Positions 24,051 through 37,681 of a DNA stretch of 64,000 nt are shown here, piece after piece (the stretch's first letter is position 1; each line of letters opens with the position of its first letter). The position numbers and the translations under genes are program-made. This DNA is from Monocercomonoides exilis PA203. Its lineage: Eukaryota > Protista > Preaxostyla. The notes beneath the pieces are model-generated. The model did not search any database. It saw nothing but the letters and a program-made list of their open reading frames with translations, and was not told where the DNA came from. The DNA lies in assembly GCA_001643675.2 (NCBI GenBank), contig LSRY02000043.1, positions 682,001-746,000 of the forward strand, read 5' to 3'.

Positions 24051-24292
24051 TGTCAAAATTTTTTTGAAAACTTCCATTTGTTTAATTTTCAAATAAAGAA
24101 AAAATTTCAAATTTCGATCAAATTTCTGTTCCCACTTACCGAATTTTGCTGTCATGAAAACATAATCTTGACAATGTTATTATTTTATTTTAAGTGAAGT
24201 TTCGTAAGTGGGAACAGAAATTTGATCGTAATATAAAATTTTTTCTTTATTTGAAAATAAAACAAAAGGAACTTTTCAAAAAAATTTTGACA
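24051..24292. repeat. ~240-bp fold-back family copy B (right end of DD35D element 2)
   Basis: 24051-24143 pairs with 24201-24292. Arms align with copy A. The loop 13-mer at 24189-24201 is the reverse complement of 21808-21820. Confidence 0.88.
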
Positions 24293-25281
24293 AATAGGAT
24301 CGAATGAAAAAAAAGGATCTTTTAAAAATATGACCGTATTTTTAAATATCACAAAACCTAAATGAACCATTACATTAAATTGAAGTCTTATGCATTGAAT
24401 TATACATCAAAACAGATTTTGATACAAATATAAAATCCTAATCACCTGGACACAATTTTTGTGTTCTCCTTTAAAAATTATCAAAAGGCTTTCATTTCTT
24501 ATGTTGTGCAAACATATTCATTCTCGTTGAATATTCATTTTTGGTTCAATTATCAAAAAGAAAAGCCTTTTTTACATTCATTGTTAACCTTCTTTTATTT
24601 TGAAAATGGGAAAAACAAGGATGTTTGTATTTGTTGATTATATTCCTTGTTAAAAATTTCCCCATTTCTCCGTGAACAGGATATACTATGAACAAAATAT
24701 GTCCAGTTCATCTAGATGAGGAGGAGGAAGAAGAAGACAATGAGACTTTGTTGAGTGTGAAGAAGAAGATGGGGAAGAAGATTACAATGAAAAATGCTTC
24801 ACATGCTTTCAGAGAATGCGTTATTTTTTCAACAAGGAATATATCGAACATTATAAATTTATATAAGATGATTCTATTTTGAATGTTTGATGAAAATTAT
24901 AAAAATTCCCCCAGAATAATGTTCGTTTATCGTTACAAAATTCAACAATCACTTGAAATATTAGATTGTCAAAATCTTTATTTCTTTTTCATATTAAAAA
25001 ATTAATTTATTTCACTAAAATGAAAGAAAACAACCACATTAAATAAACAAATGGATTTTATTTGCATTTCCATTAAAATGATAATCATACAAATGTAAGA
25101 TCAATCATAAGTCAGTTTAAAAAAAATGATTAATTGCACTGAATTAGAAAAAAAGATAATTCACATTCTTAATGAGCTATGGAACAGAAAATGAATTTGT
25201 CATAATACATAAAGATTCAAAAAGAATGGGTTATCAAATACCCAATATTGGAAAAAACTTTTATTTCTGTTTTAAGTTTCC

Positions 25282-28200
25282 ATGCTCGACAAGTGCTTGC
25301 TGATATCTGCATTCATTTCCATATCCTTTCAATTAGCCGCCAACACAAGAATTGAATATCTTTCAAAAAGTGCCAGCAAGAGGGTTGTTTCCTTTGGCCT
25401 TGACGAGATGGATAATGGACCGATTTCAGTAGAAAGAAGTGCTCCGTCCATTGCAGTTGATGAAGATGCAAATTTGAAACACGAAAACGAAATTGCGGAA
25501 AAGAACTTCACAAAGCCGGTGTCTTCGACCATCGACACATTTATTGAAATGCACAACAGCACTTTTTGTGCCTCAAAACTCACCTTCTTTCCCACAGGAA
25601 GACAGTGTCAGATAGTGACATCTTGTTCGTCTCTTTTTCTGAAGCAGGTTTCTGTGTCATTTGGGGCAAAGGCGATTTCCAGATTTTGTGAAGCAGAAGG
25701 CGGACGGATTGAGATCTGCAATTTGAGTTTGCTGTTCCGAACACAAAACCGTTCGATTTCATCGCTTGTTGAGTGGAAAGAAAGTGCAGAGGGCGAAATT
25801 GGCTGTGGCAAAGCCTTTTTGTCAGACACTTCGTTTTCGTGCTTGTCGACTCCACCCTTCTTGTCTGTGTTTGGTTCGCTGTCTCTTTTGCACACGTCGA
25901 TGGAAAACGTGGTGTTTATGAATGCGTCAACAAACATTGCACACAGCAGCACCACTGCTTTCTCAGAAGCAAACCATCTCCAGAAATCTCTTGTCTCCAG
26001 CATCTTGCTGGTTGACTGTGACCAATCACTGTTGAGTGTTGATGAGAGTGCAACGAGGCTCGCAAAGTTAGTCGTGTTCAACTCTTCGTTTCTCAGATCG
26101 CATGACATTCAAAAGGATCAATGCTTCAACGCTTCACTGCCTTCGTTTTCGAGTGGACAAATAGAGTTCGACAGTTGCAGATTTGAATCATGCACATCAG
26201 CGACACGGAATGGAGGCGCACTAAATGTTGGTGGGAGTGCTTCTCTGACACTCAGAAGTTGCACTTTCACAAATTGCTCAATAACTTATTGTGGTACAAC
26301 TTATCCAAGAGGTGGTGCTGTTCATTATTCTGGAAATGGAAAATGCTTAACTGTCGATTCATTATTCGATTGTTGTTTTTGTGAATGTTCTTCAAAGTCT
26401 CCAATTGGTGGTGCATTATCAATTTTTAATAAAGATCCAATTATTATTCATTGCTCTTTTAATAAATGTCATTCACTTTCTGGAGGTGCATTAAATGTCG
26501 AATTAAATAACAATGTTGATGTGATAAACTGTTCCTTTAAGAAATGTGAAGCTCAGGACTGTCGAGGATCTATTCATATTATTTTTACAAAAACAAATAA
26601 CATATTGGATAATTGTTTTTTTCTTCAATCAAAAGCTCTTTCAACATTCGCTGGAACAGTGAATATTGACGGAGATGCAAACAGCACAAATCATATTATA
26701 TATTGTTTATTTGAAAACAACACATCTTTTGATAATAGAGGTCATGATATAACATTCGGAGGAAACAATTCAGTAAATGCAACAAAAGAATGGATAATAT
26801 ATTCATATTCGACATCAAGTCAGATTGGGCGAGTGTATTGCAACGGAGACAAAGCAGGGTGGCTCCCAGATGTGCCTGCAGTGTACGATCCTCTGAGAGT
26901 CGACTCAGATAGGGGAAGTGATGATGCAGGATGTGGGGAGAATGGAGCAGAGTGCAGGACAATCGCGTTTGCGGTGACACAGTGGGTGAGCCACAGACAC
27001 ACAGGGGTTGTGGTGTGCAGCGAGGTGAGTGTGGAGAAGGCTGTGAGCATCTCCGGGCTGGAGATTTGCATAAGCAAAGATGCAGCAATGGAACATGGAA
27101 CGATTCGGTCGGATGTGGAAAGCGGCTCGCTGTTCAGTGTGGGGAGCGGGAAGCTGGAGTTGGAGGGGTGGACAGTGATTCATGATACAGGAAATTCGAG
27201 GGGTTCGTCTCTGTTTGCAGTGGATGGGTATGAGGGTTTGGCGCATGTAAAGAATTGCACGATACAAGCGGACTCTGTGGATTTGTCGTTTCACGAGCCG
27301 CTTTTTGTGGCAGGGAGGGGAGAGATTGCTATCGAGGACTGCCAAGTGGAGAATGTGTGTCTGGAAGGGTGCAGTCTGCTGATGTGGAGTGCTGGAGGAA
27401 GTGTTTGTGTTCGAGGCGGGAATATAACTCAGATAACGAGAAGAAATGGAAACGGGGCAGTGGCAGAGAAGGCGTTGGAGGCAGGAGAGATGTTTGAGTT
27501 TGGGAATGTGACGATGAACGGGTGCAGGTGCAGTGCGGGGGATGGCGGAGCGATTTGGGTGGAGATGGTTGGAGGAAGCTGTGCGAGAATAGGATCAGAA
27601 AGTTCAGTCACAGGGATGAAGCAATGCTGGGCAGAACGGAGTGGGGAAGGAGGTTTTGCTGGAGAGAGCAGAGGTGGAGGGATATGTTTGGTGCTGAAGG
27701 ATGGAGGCGAAGACTTCTGTGTGGCTCGCCCGTTGTTTGAGGAGAACAATGCGGATTGGGGGCGAAATGTGTTTGTCAAATCTCCGGACCTCAAGAAAAG
27801 CACTGTTCAAGCACATTTTCCGTTCTATCCAGAGTATTTCTCGGAGCAAGAGATGCAGGGAGAAGATGGAAGAACACCGAATATTGGAATCCCGCTGGTG
27901 TATTTCCTGCAGCTGCGAGAAGTGCGAGTGAGTGTGGGAGACGGGGGAGTGGATGTGAGTGCATGTGGATTTGCAAAGTATCAGTGCAAGACGATGGACT
28001 ATGCATTTGGGCAGCAGGAAGGGATGCATCTGGTGCTGTACAACAAGAGCTACACATGGAGAGAGTGCCTGGTGCTTGATGGAGCAGAGGGATATGACTT
28101 GAGCGGGAAAGAAGGGATGTCGGAGGTGAGGATGGTTGGGAACGAGAGTGGGCTGTACGAGATGGTGAAGGTGGGGAGCAGTGTGCAGATATCACTTGTG

Positions 28201-31200
28201 GCATTTGCCTTGGAGCCTGGACTGAAACAGTCGCAGACTTGTGTGTTTGAAGTCGAAGGGGAAGGGAATGGTGCGCTGACGCTCTCTTCATCGCGGGTGA
28301 GCGGCGATGCGGATGTGCTGTCTGTCCCGTTCTGTTTTGTGTGCGTGAGAAAGGGGAAGATGCTGATGAGCAGTGTTGTTGTGGAGCATTTGTGCTTTTT
28401 GGTAGAGCCGTTTGTGAGGTGCAGCGGAACGGAGTCTGAAGCGGTGATGATGCAGGCAACGTTCGCTGACACGACAAGCGGGGGAGAAGAAGGGTTGATT
28501 GTGCTTCGCGATGGCTCCACGGCAAAAATCAGCAAGAGTGCGTTTGAAAGCAGCAGCGGAAGCAAGCAGCCGATGATTGTTGTGAACAAAGCCAGGAAGA
28601 CCAATGTGAGCGAGACAAGCGTAGACTGCTCTCTTTCTGGTCAAGGAGATGGGTGTTTCCTTCGCGGAACGCTGGGAGTGGGGTGCGAAATGGCTGTAGA
28701 TGGAGGAAACATGAGTGGGACATGCCCAAGAGGAAACGGGGGAATGCTGAGACTGGTGCTGGAAGGTGGAAGCAAGCTGCAGATTGGAAGAAGCATGGAG
28801 ACGATTGTGAGCAAGTGCAAAGCAGTTTTTGCAGCAGGGAGTGGGGGTGTGGAGGAGGGATGTACTTGGAGACAAATAGCAGTGACGTGGAATTGGGGCT
28901 GAATGCAGTGAAGTTTGATGGATGTCAAGCAGACAGGCATGGACACAATCTGTTTTTAACAGCCCCCAACTTCACAGCTTCTGTGACAAAAGCCACACTC
29001 GGATTTGTGGCTGACACCACAAATGAAGAGGAGCTTGAGGGATATGAAGGAGGAAACAGCACATATGCAATCCCGTTGGTGCTGTATCTGCGGGACGACC
29101 CTGAGCCAGTTATGGTTGGTGGAGATAACAAAAAAGATTTCGACAGATGTGGATATGCTGGACACGGGTGCGAAACGATGGACTTTGTGATGGCTCGGTG
29201 GGTGGAGGAAAACGGACTCAACGCATCAATATCAAACACTGTGCCGCTATACTCGGAGGCAAGTCTTGTCAGCGGAGTATTTGTGCTGAACGGCACATCA
29301 GTATATTCTCAAATAGACGTGTACGAAAATGCTGCAAAGAAACAGGATGGGATGATAGAGACAAGCTGTGCGACAACATTTACGGGACTGAAGATTACTG
29401 GGCCAGCGAGCTTGAACACGAGGTTTTATCTAATATGCACGAAAAGTGGAGTCTTGACATTGAGCTCGTGCGCTCTGAGTGTACGCTCGTCACTCACAGC
29501 TGCATATTCCATGATCGCCTGCACAGGAGGGCAGACAACGTTGAATGATGTGACCATCAGGAATGCTGTGTGTGCGTGTGGAGCCATGATTTGGATCACA
29601 GGAGAAGGAAGCTGCACCATGGATGAATGCACAATGATGAATGCAAAGGGTTCGGAAGCAACAGATGGATGCGTTGTCTATGCATCATCTGGCACTCTGG
29701 AAATAGGAAACACGACATTTTCAGAGGAAGGGGCAGATGACAGATCAGGCAGCGCGAGGCTGGCAGATAAGCTGGGAAAGTGGATGGGAGTGAGGAACTG
29801 CACGTTCAGAGGCTTGTCAAGGAACGGAGAAAAAGGATGTGTGCTGTTTGGGATGTTGGATGAAGGGATGGTGCTTGAGCTGAACGATGTGAACATGGAG
29901 AACTGCACTGTGAGTGGAGGAAGCGGAGGAGGATGCTTTGTGGAGTTGTCGAAGACAGCAAGACTTCGTGTCGGAGAGAGTGGGAATAGAATGCTGGCTG
30001 AAGGATGCCGAGCGCTGGCTGGCGAAGATGGCGGATTGAAGGGATTTGGAGGAGGAATGCTGGTGAAGTGCATTGAAGAGGCAAGTGATATGATAATTGC
30101 GGGGGTGAAATTTGGAGAAGGGGAAAAAGCGAACATGGCTGACAAGGGAGGAAACAATGTGTTTGTTTCGTGTGTGAATTTATCAATGGTGGTGAATGAA
30201 GGCTCGTTCAACTTTGACTTTTTGAAGAAAGTTGAAGAGTCGCCCAGGCTGTGGGATTTGATGGGGATGGAAAATGGAGCAAGAGAGAATCCGATTCCGC
30301 TTGTTGTGTTCTTTCGAGAAAGCGCAGGGAATGTGTTTGTTGGAGACAAAGGGTGCGATTATGTATTATGCGGATTTGAGGATTATCCGTGCAGAGGAAT
30401 TGTGCATGCTGCAGCACTGCGAAAAGGATCGGAAAACGTGGTGGTTACGCTTCTTGCAGACTTTGGGTTTTGCGATTCCATAATTCTGGATGCTCAAGAA
30501 ATGACCATCAACACCCAAGGCAACAGCCACGAAAGAATGGTCCATGGAGAAGGAGAAGGAGAATCCAACTGGTTGATAGAGACCAAAAAGAACATCACTT
30601 TTGAAGATGTCTCATTTGGGATGCCGCCTTCATTTAACTGCCAACGTGAAAGCTTTCTGAAGTGCAGAAAAGACAAACTGGAGCTCAGAAGGTGTTTGGC
30701 GAAGGTTGATGCAGACTCAAGGAGGATTGATTATTCATTTGTTAGTGTGGAAGGAGGGATGCTTGTGATGGATGATTTTTCAGCGATGGAGTTGTGTGCT
30801 GTGCAACATGGGCTTGTGGATGGAAGAGGGCTGGACTCAAAAGTGGAGCTAAGTGGGGTGAAGTTTGAGGGTGTTTCTGTGGAAGGAGAAAGAGGAGTTG
30901 TGTGTGGGCAAAGCTGTGGATTGCTCAGCATGAATGATTCTTGGATGAATTCGTCTGCTCTTGGAGACAGCTGCTTGGTGTGGTTTTGCGGGTGCGAATC
31001 CGTTAACATGAAAGGGCTGAGCATCTGGAATGTGTCGAGAACAGCAGGGAGTGGAGGGGCATTCAGTGGAGAAATAGGAGAAGGGTGCAAGTGCGAGATC
31101 CGTGGGAGCACATTTGGCAATGTGAGTTGTGGGGAGCATGCTGGAAGGGGAGGGTGCGGAGCTGTGGAGGTGATGAGAAATGGGAAGCTGATTATTGAGG

Positions 31201-34200
31201 GGTGCGTTTTCGAAAAAAACGGAGTGGACGAAGAAGCAGGGTTTGGGGGAGGGTTGTTTGCTCGGTTTGTGGATGTGAGTGTAAAGTACAGCATGAAGCA
31301 CAACACATTTGCAGAGAACAAAGCAAGCGTGGGGAAAGATGTGTATGTGATTTGCCCGCAGGCGAGAAAGATGCTGTATCAGGAGTTGTGGGAAGGAACA
31401 GTCGAAGAGGATGATGAAAAAGAGCGGTTTTGGGTTTATGATGAGAGTTCTGGAGTGGTAATCAACACTTCGATATTAGTTATGCTTTTTCCGGCAGGCG
31501 AGGAGATTGTATTTGTTGATGGAACAGTGATAAATTCAGAGGGGTGTGGTCACGAAGAAACACCATGTGGCGATGTGTTGCATGGGTTCAAAGCAATGAA
31601 CGAAAATCAGACCACAATAAGGATTGTGTCGGGTACATTTTTGGGATCAGTTATTGATCGAGACTCATCGCTCGCAATTGAAGGGGCAAAGGCGATTCAC
31701 CCAGAGCTGGAGATAAAGCAAAGCGGGCAGCTATGTGTGTCTCATGATAACATATCTCTTACGCTTCGAGGCTTGACTTTCAGATTTGCAACAGAACTTT
31801 CGCCAGCATTAACTTCTTCACAATTATCTTCGGCATCTTCTTCTGCGTTGAGTTCTGTCTTTGCCATCAGTTGCGGACGATGCGCAGTGACGGATTGTGC
31901 ATTTGGAAGAGGAGGCGAAGGAGAAGGAGATGAAGACCAATCAGAGGTGACAAGATGGCTGGTATATGAAACCGGAGGTGCAGTTGAGATGAGTTCTGTT
32001 CGGTTTGAAAGTGTTGATTTTTGCAATGAATGCGGGATTGGGCTTTGCCTTGGCGGAGAAATGGTTTGCCAAAACGTCACAATTTCCCACATTGCAACAG
32101 ATGGCCCGAATATATTTGAAAGCAGAGGCAATGCTCTGGTGGAATTCAGCATGATGAACGTGAGCCATGCAAGAGCAGAGAAAGGGCGATTTGTCACTGT
32201 GAAGGAAGGGTCGAGCTTGATGATGGGCGAGGAGTGTGCGCTTGAGGGTTGTGGGCGAAGTTCAGTGAATGGGAGTTTTGCTTGCTGCGAAATGAGCAAG
32301 GAAGCAGAGCTGAAGATAGAATCTGGGGCAATGAGTCATTGGGCATGCGACAATGAGAAAGGTTATGGAGGATGCCTGTTCGTCAAGCTGTGTGCCGGGT
32401 TTGGTGGAGATTTTTACTTCAAAAATATTCAGTTGAGTGAGAATGATGCCTTTGGGGGGAAGGACATGTTTGTGGAATGTGTAGAACTAAATGCATCGGT
32501 GACACAAGAAAGGTTCAGGTTTGAGCTGGCAAGTGGGAGCGACGGGAAGGCTGCTGATCTGAAGGGTATTGATGCAATGCGCTTTCCCTCTCCAGTGGAT
32601 TTGAGGCTATTTCTTATTCAGGCGCACTGCATGCAGGCTGTTGTGTCCAGCGAAGGGTATGACACTTTGGGCTGCGGGGTGCTGATGCATCCCTGCCAGT
32701 CATTTTGGAGAGGCTATTGCAACACGCAGGCAGACGCAGATCCAAAGGAGCTGGCAATACAGGAGGGTGCAACAGTCAGTCGCGGATACGATATGTCTTC
32801 ATTTGTTGTTGCTTCGTTGCCAGCAGAAGAATACAGCAAACTGCACATTTCACATGATATCCAGGATGGGATATCTGGTGCAGTGTTTTGGAATGCCAAG
32901 GCGCTGTTGTTCCGCACAATCATATTCTCATTTCCCCCAACAGCATCATCTGCCGTTCGTTCGATGATTGCTTCGTCGTCTGCAAGCTCTTTGCTGTCGA
33001 TTATCAACTGCTCCATATCCAAAGCGAGTGACGCTGCAGTTCAATATGTGGCTGTATCAGTCACAGGGGGCGAGCTTGTTATTGAAAGCAGTTCGTACAC
33101 ATCGTCTGGCGAGTATGCTTCTGCTCCCTTTTCTGTTCGTGGCACAATGTGTGCGATAAACAGCTCATTCAGCACGGCTCAAACGAGATCAAGCAAGGAA
33201 GGAGGGCTGATGCAAATCAAAACGAGTGGCGGTGATTCGGTAAAGATGGAGGGATGCACACTGGAAGGGTGTGCATGCACTGAAGAGAATGGGAAAGGGG
33301 GCGCTTTGTATGTTGATGGGAAAGAAGCCGTTCAGTCTAATTGTTTGCTGCTGAAAAGTGTCGATTTTGCAGCGAATCATGCACAAATCGGGGAGCACAT
33401 GTTTGTTGCGTGCAAAGACCTGAATGCTACAGTGACAAAGTCGAGCTTCATGTTTTCGTTGGATTTTGTCAAGGAAGATGACAATGGGCTGATGGGAAGC
33501 GATGCAGTGCATAATGAAACAACGCTTCTGAGGTTTCTTGTGCAGTACAAAGGAAGCACAGTGCACATTGCTCGAGCCGGGTACGACTTGTTGCGATGTG
33601 GAGGAGCAGAGGATCCGTGCAGGAGCTGGACTCACGGGGTGAAGCAATTTGAGTCAGAGTCCCCCACAAAAATAGTTGTGATCGATGGAGGCTGCAACTA
33701 CAAGGAGAATGGGGTGCTTTCGGATTATGAAGTGAAGTCGATTGGGGAGGAAGAAGAGGAGCAATCAAGAGCTGAGCTTTGCGTCGTGCAGGGCGATGAC
33801 GAACAACATGACGTGTGCATGCGAAATGCAAGGGTGCTTTGTTTTGAAAAGATCTCGTTTGTTGTGGCAGAGGGGTTTTCAAACGAGGAAAACGGGGTGA
33901 TTGTCAGCGAAGATGGGAACTTGAGGTTGACGAGCTGCGAGGCTTGGATGAACGGCAGAGCTTTGCTGGAAAACAGCGCTTCATTTGTCGTTGTGCTGAG
34001 AGGGGCTGTGCTGCTGGAAGGAATGACAGTGAGCCGCTCATCGTTTGGAAGAAGTTTGATGGAAATAGCGTCTCATGTGGATTGTGTGTTGGATTCTGTC
34101 AGTGCAGAATTGATAAATGTTGAAGAAGGATGCATAATTAGCATGAGAGATGACGACTCTGAGCAAATGAACAGCAAAAACGCTGGAGCAGGGATTTCAT

Positions 34201-37200
34201 TAAACAAGTGCTCATTCAAGAATATCACAAACAACGGAGAGAGCGGAAGCGTTGTGGTTGTTGGAGGAAGAGGCAGTGGAAGCAAACTTTGCATTAATTC
34301 GAGTATGCTTGAAATGTGCACAAGCAGCAATTCGCAGAAAGGAGGGGCAATTCTGTTTCGATTGAGCTCTGGCGGATGCTTGGACGTGAGAGGCTCAACG
34401 ATTGGGCTGTGCAGCTGTTCGGCACAGAATGGGTGTGGAGGCGGCTTCTATGTTGAGGCTGTGCATGCAGGAAGCCTGAACATGCTTTTTGCTAATATCA
34501 AGTTCGACTCGAACATTGCGCATATCGGGAGGGATTTGTTTGTGGAGTGCAACAACATCAGAGAGCAGATCAACGAGACGCAGTTCCAGTTTGATCTGAG
34601 AGAATCGAAGTACAACAGTCTGAATGCAATATTTGGAATAGACAGAGCAGAGTTGTGTGTGGAGGCAGTGAATCTGATTGAGTTTATTGTGATATATCAG
34701 AATGACACGATCTTCACGAGCTCGGATGATGGATCAGCAAGTGAAGACAGCAAAAACTGTGGAACTCAGGCGCTTCCATGCTTGTCGGTCGGGTATGCAG
34801 TCGACCATCTCACATATGACTTTGAAAGCCAGATTGTGGTTGTCGGGGAAGGGTTGATTGGAAAGGAAGTGGACGTGGCAAATGTATCGATACGATCGCG
34901 GGGATCAGAGACTGCACTTCTGCGCATTGGTTTGCAACTGGAATGCACACGCCAGTATGTGGTGCTGTGTTCGGAGGCAGTTTTCTTCAGGGGGATTTCG
35001 TTTGTTGTTTGTGCAGAGAGCATGCATGGTCATGGATGCTTTGTAGAGTGCAGCCGAGGCACAACACAAATGACAAGGTGCTCGTTTCGAAATGATGCAG
35101 AGATGGGCAATTCCACCAAGATAAATGCCATTTTGGTGCAAGTGGAGGCAAGGGGATGTCTGCAACTGGAAAACACAACACTGAGGCAGATATCGTCAGA
35201 ATGTCCGCTGATAGCATGTGAAGGACAATCAACGCTGCGCTGCACTTCTCTGATCATGGAATCGCTTTTCTGTGCATGTGATGCGATTCTTGTAAAAGAA
35301 TGCGAATTATTGGGCATGGAAAAAGTCGAGTGCCATGATGTTGTGTGCAGCAGTGGAGCGCTGTTTGCCTTTCAGGGAATAAATGCTGGTGAGAGGAGTG
35401 GAAACAGTGAAGAATACTCTCTTTCAATGGGCTCATTTAAAAACATATCAGTCGAGGCAAGAAAGCAAACACTTTTCTGTTTTACGCGCTTAACAAATCT
35501 GCGAATGCGAAACATCACTTTTAGCAGATGCTCGGCACTTGTGCAGAATGGCATGTTGCTATCTTCTGATAGATGCCATGAAACAGAAATTGAATACTGC
35601 CGCTTTAGCGAGAAAGGAATGGACGACATCGTGGAGTCAAAGACGCCAAGAAGCGAGATATGCAAATGGAATGGATCACTAGTTGCCCTGCAACAGTCTG
35701 AGACAATAATAAGAGGCACCACCATATCAGAATCGCCAATCGGGGGATTATTTGTGTCTGGAGGGAATGTGATGATAGATCAAGGGGAGTTTCGGGACAA
35801 CAATGCAAAGGTGAAAGGATATCCATCTGCACGAAAAAATATAGCATGCGCTGATCGTGGCATGCTGTCAATCGCAAGCCTGAAAGGAGGAGACGGCATG
35901 TTGCCAAGCACATCCATGTGGATTGCAAATAGCAATTGTGTGCTTGGTGGAATTGCTTCAGAGCGAGCATCATCATTTTTTATCCCTGTGCTAGAGTCGG
36001 TGAAGATGGAAAAAGGAGAAATTACAACAGAGCTCACATTCATCGGAAAGCTTCTTCTTCCGTGCAATCTGACGGTTCAGATAGCTTTTTCAATTGGAAG
36101 TGAGTCTCAAATAGAAAAGCAAAATATGAATGAGAGCAACTACAAATCTGAAACTGAGATTCACAGCTGGATATCTTCCACAAAAATAAATGGAGTATCG
36201 GAAGAGGTTGAAGTGTCAGTGTGCATTCTGTTTGGAGACGAGAGCATTCGGCGACCAACTGATTCTTTCATCCTGAAGAACAGAAGCGAGCCCAAATCAA
36301 ATGGAGATGAAAGAATTGTTGAAGGAGGAAACAAAGAAAAATCGATATGGCCAATTGTGGTTGTAATTTTGGCTATTATATTATTGTTTGTAATAATTGT
36401 TTCTGTGGTATTTGCAGTGAGATGGAGAAAGCAGAAGAGAAGGACAAAGAGCTGGAGGTGATTGTGGAAGACACAGTGAAGAAGGATCCGAAAGCGTTTG
36501 AGATGGTGACGATGGAGATGTCACCCGAGGAGCAGTGGAGGAGAGCTGAGAGGGAGGCAGAGAAGAAGAATGAAGAGAGGATAAAGAAGAGAGTGTATGA
36601 GAAAAGCTTGGGACATTCAGAGTCATCAGAGCATTTGTTGAGTGAGAGTGGCTCAACAGAATACATCTTGGGGAGAGATTCAGACAAGATCCCTCAATGG
36701 ATGCTTGAGAAGGTTGATGAGGAAGAGACGAGGAAAAGAACACCATCGCCATCCATTTCATCCACCTCAACAACAGACACTTCAGACACAGAATCCACTT
36801 TTGTTCGAGGAGAGGATCTGTGTCCAACCACCTCATCCATGTCGAATCTGGTGGATGCAATGGCCTGTTCATCGCCGCATGAGAAGCTCATTGTGGACTT
36901 GAGGGATTCGCTGTTCATGCTGCTTCATGGAAGGAATGAGAAGAAAGAGATGGCGATAGGCACTCTGCAAGAGAGGGAGGTCTCTGCTGCTCAGATCCTG
37001 TTCTGGGTGGCCAATCTTGCTCTCCACTCATTTGACGAAATGAACAATCCTCTTTCATCTCTTGCCAACCTCAGCCCTCACATCGTGCTGTTTTCTGAGC
37101 ACATGGTGATCTGCATTGCCCTCCACTCCGACTGCTCCTCAGGCTCAGACACTTCATCCACTTTTTCTTCCACCTCGACAATTGTCACCTCTTCCTCAGA

Positions 37201-37681
37201 TTGCTCAGCCATCAACAAGAAAGGCCAAGGCTCACCACCACCACCTTCATCAGCATTTGAGGATGAGGATGACAACCGGAAAGAGTGTCTGCGGTGGAAG
37301 GCGCCAGAGCTGCTGATGAACAAAGATCTGGGAGCCACAAAGAAGACAGTTGTGTTCTCGATTGGGATGATGCTGTGGGAGAGTCTGACGCTGGAGATCC
37401 CGTTTGGCGAGTATGAAGCAGAGGTGGCGGGGATGTGGCTGAAAGAAGGAAAGCGGCCGAAGACGGGAGGGCTGGAAGGGAGCAGGCTGGAAGGGCTGGT
37501 GAAAGGGTGCTTTTCGCAAGAGGCGAGGGACAGATGCACTCTGACAGATGTGAAGCGGGTGCTAATTGGGTTGTTCCCGGCCGGGACAGTCATGCTCACA
37601 GTGACCGATGCGATTGGGCTGGAGGAAGGATCAGGAAGCTACAGGAAATACAGCAGGTTCAGTGGGGAAGGAAGCAACTGA
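25282..37681 (+). CDS. giant type-I membrane protein (~4133 aa): Cys/Gly-rich beta-helix-like ectodomain, TM helix, TK/TKL-like pseudokinase; left copy, two 1-nt frameshifts (~28845, ~36446)
   Basis: Signal-peptide-like start, repeated GGA(I/L) and FxxN motifs, eight CGx5C modules, TM IWPIVVVILAIILLFVIIVSVVFAV, then LRWKAPE and VFSIGMMLWE..EIPF. Both frameshift sites are intact in the other arm. Confidence 0.88.

Noticed and set aside
24688-24882. 64-aa acidic/basic ORF
   Set aside because: Too short, low complexity, and no supporting homology or splice context.
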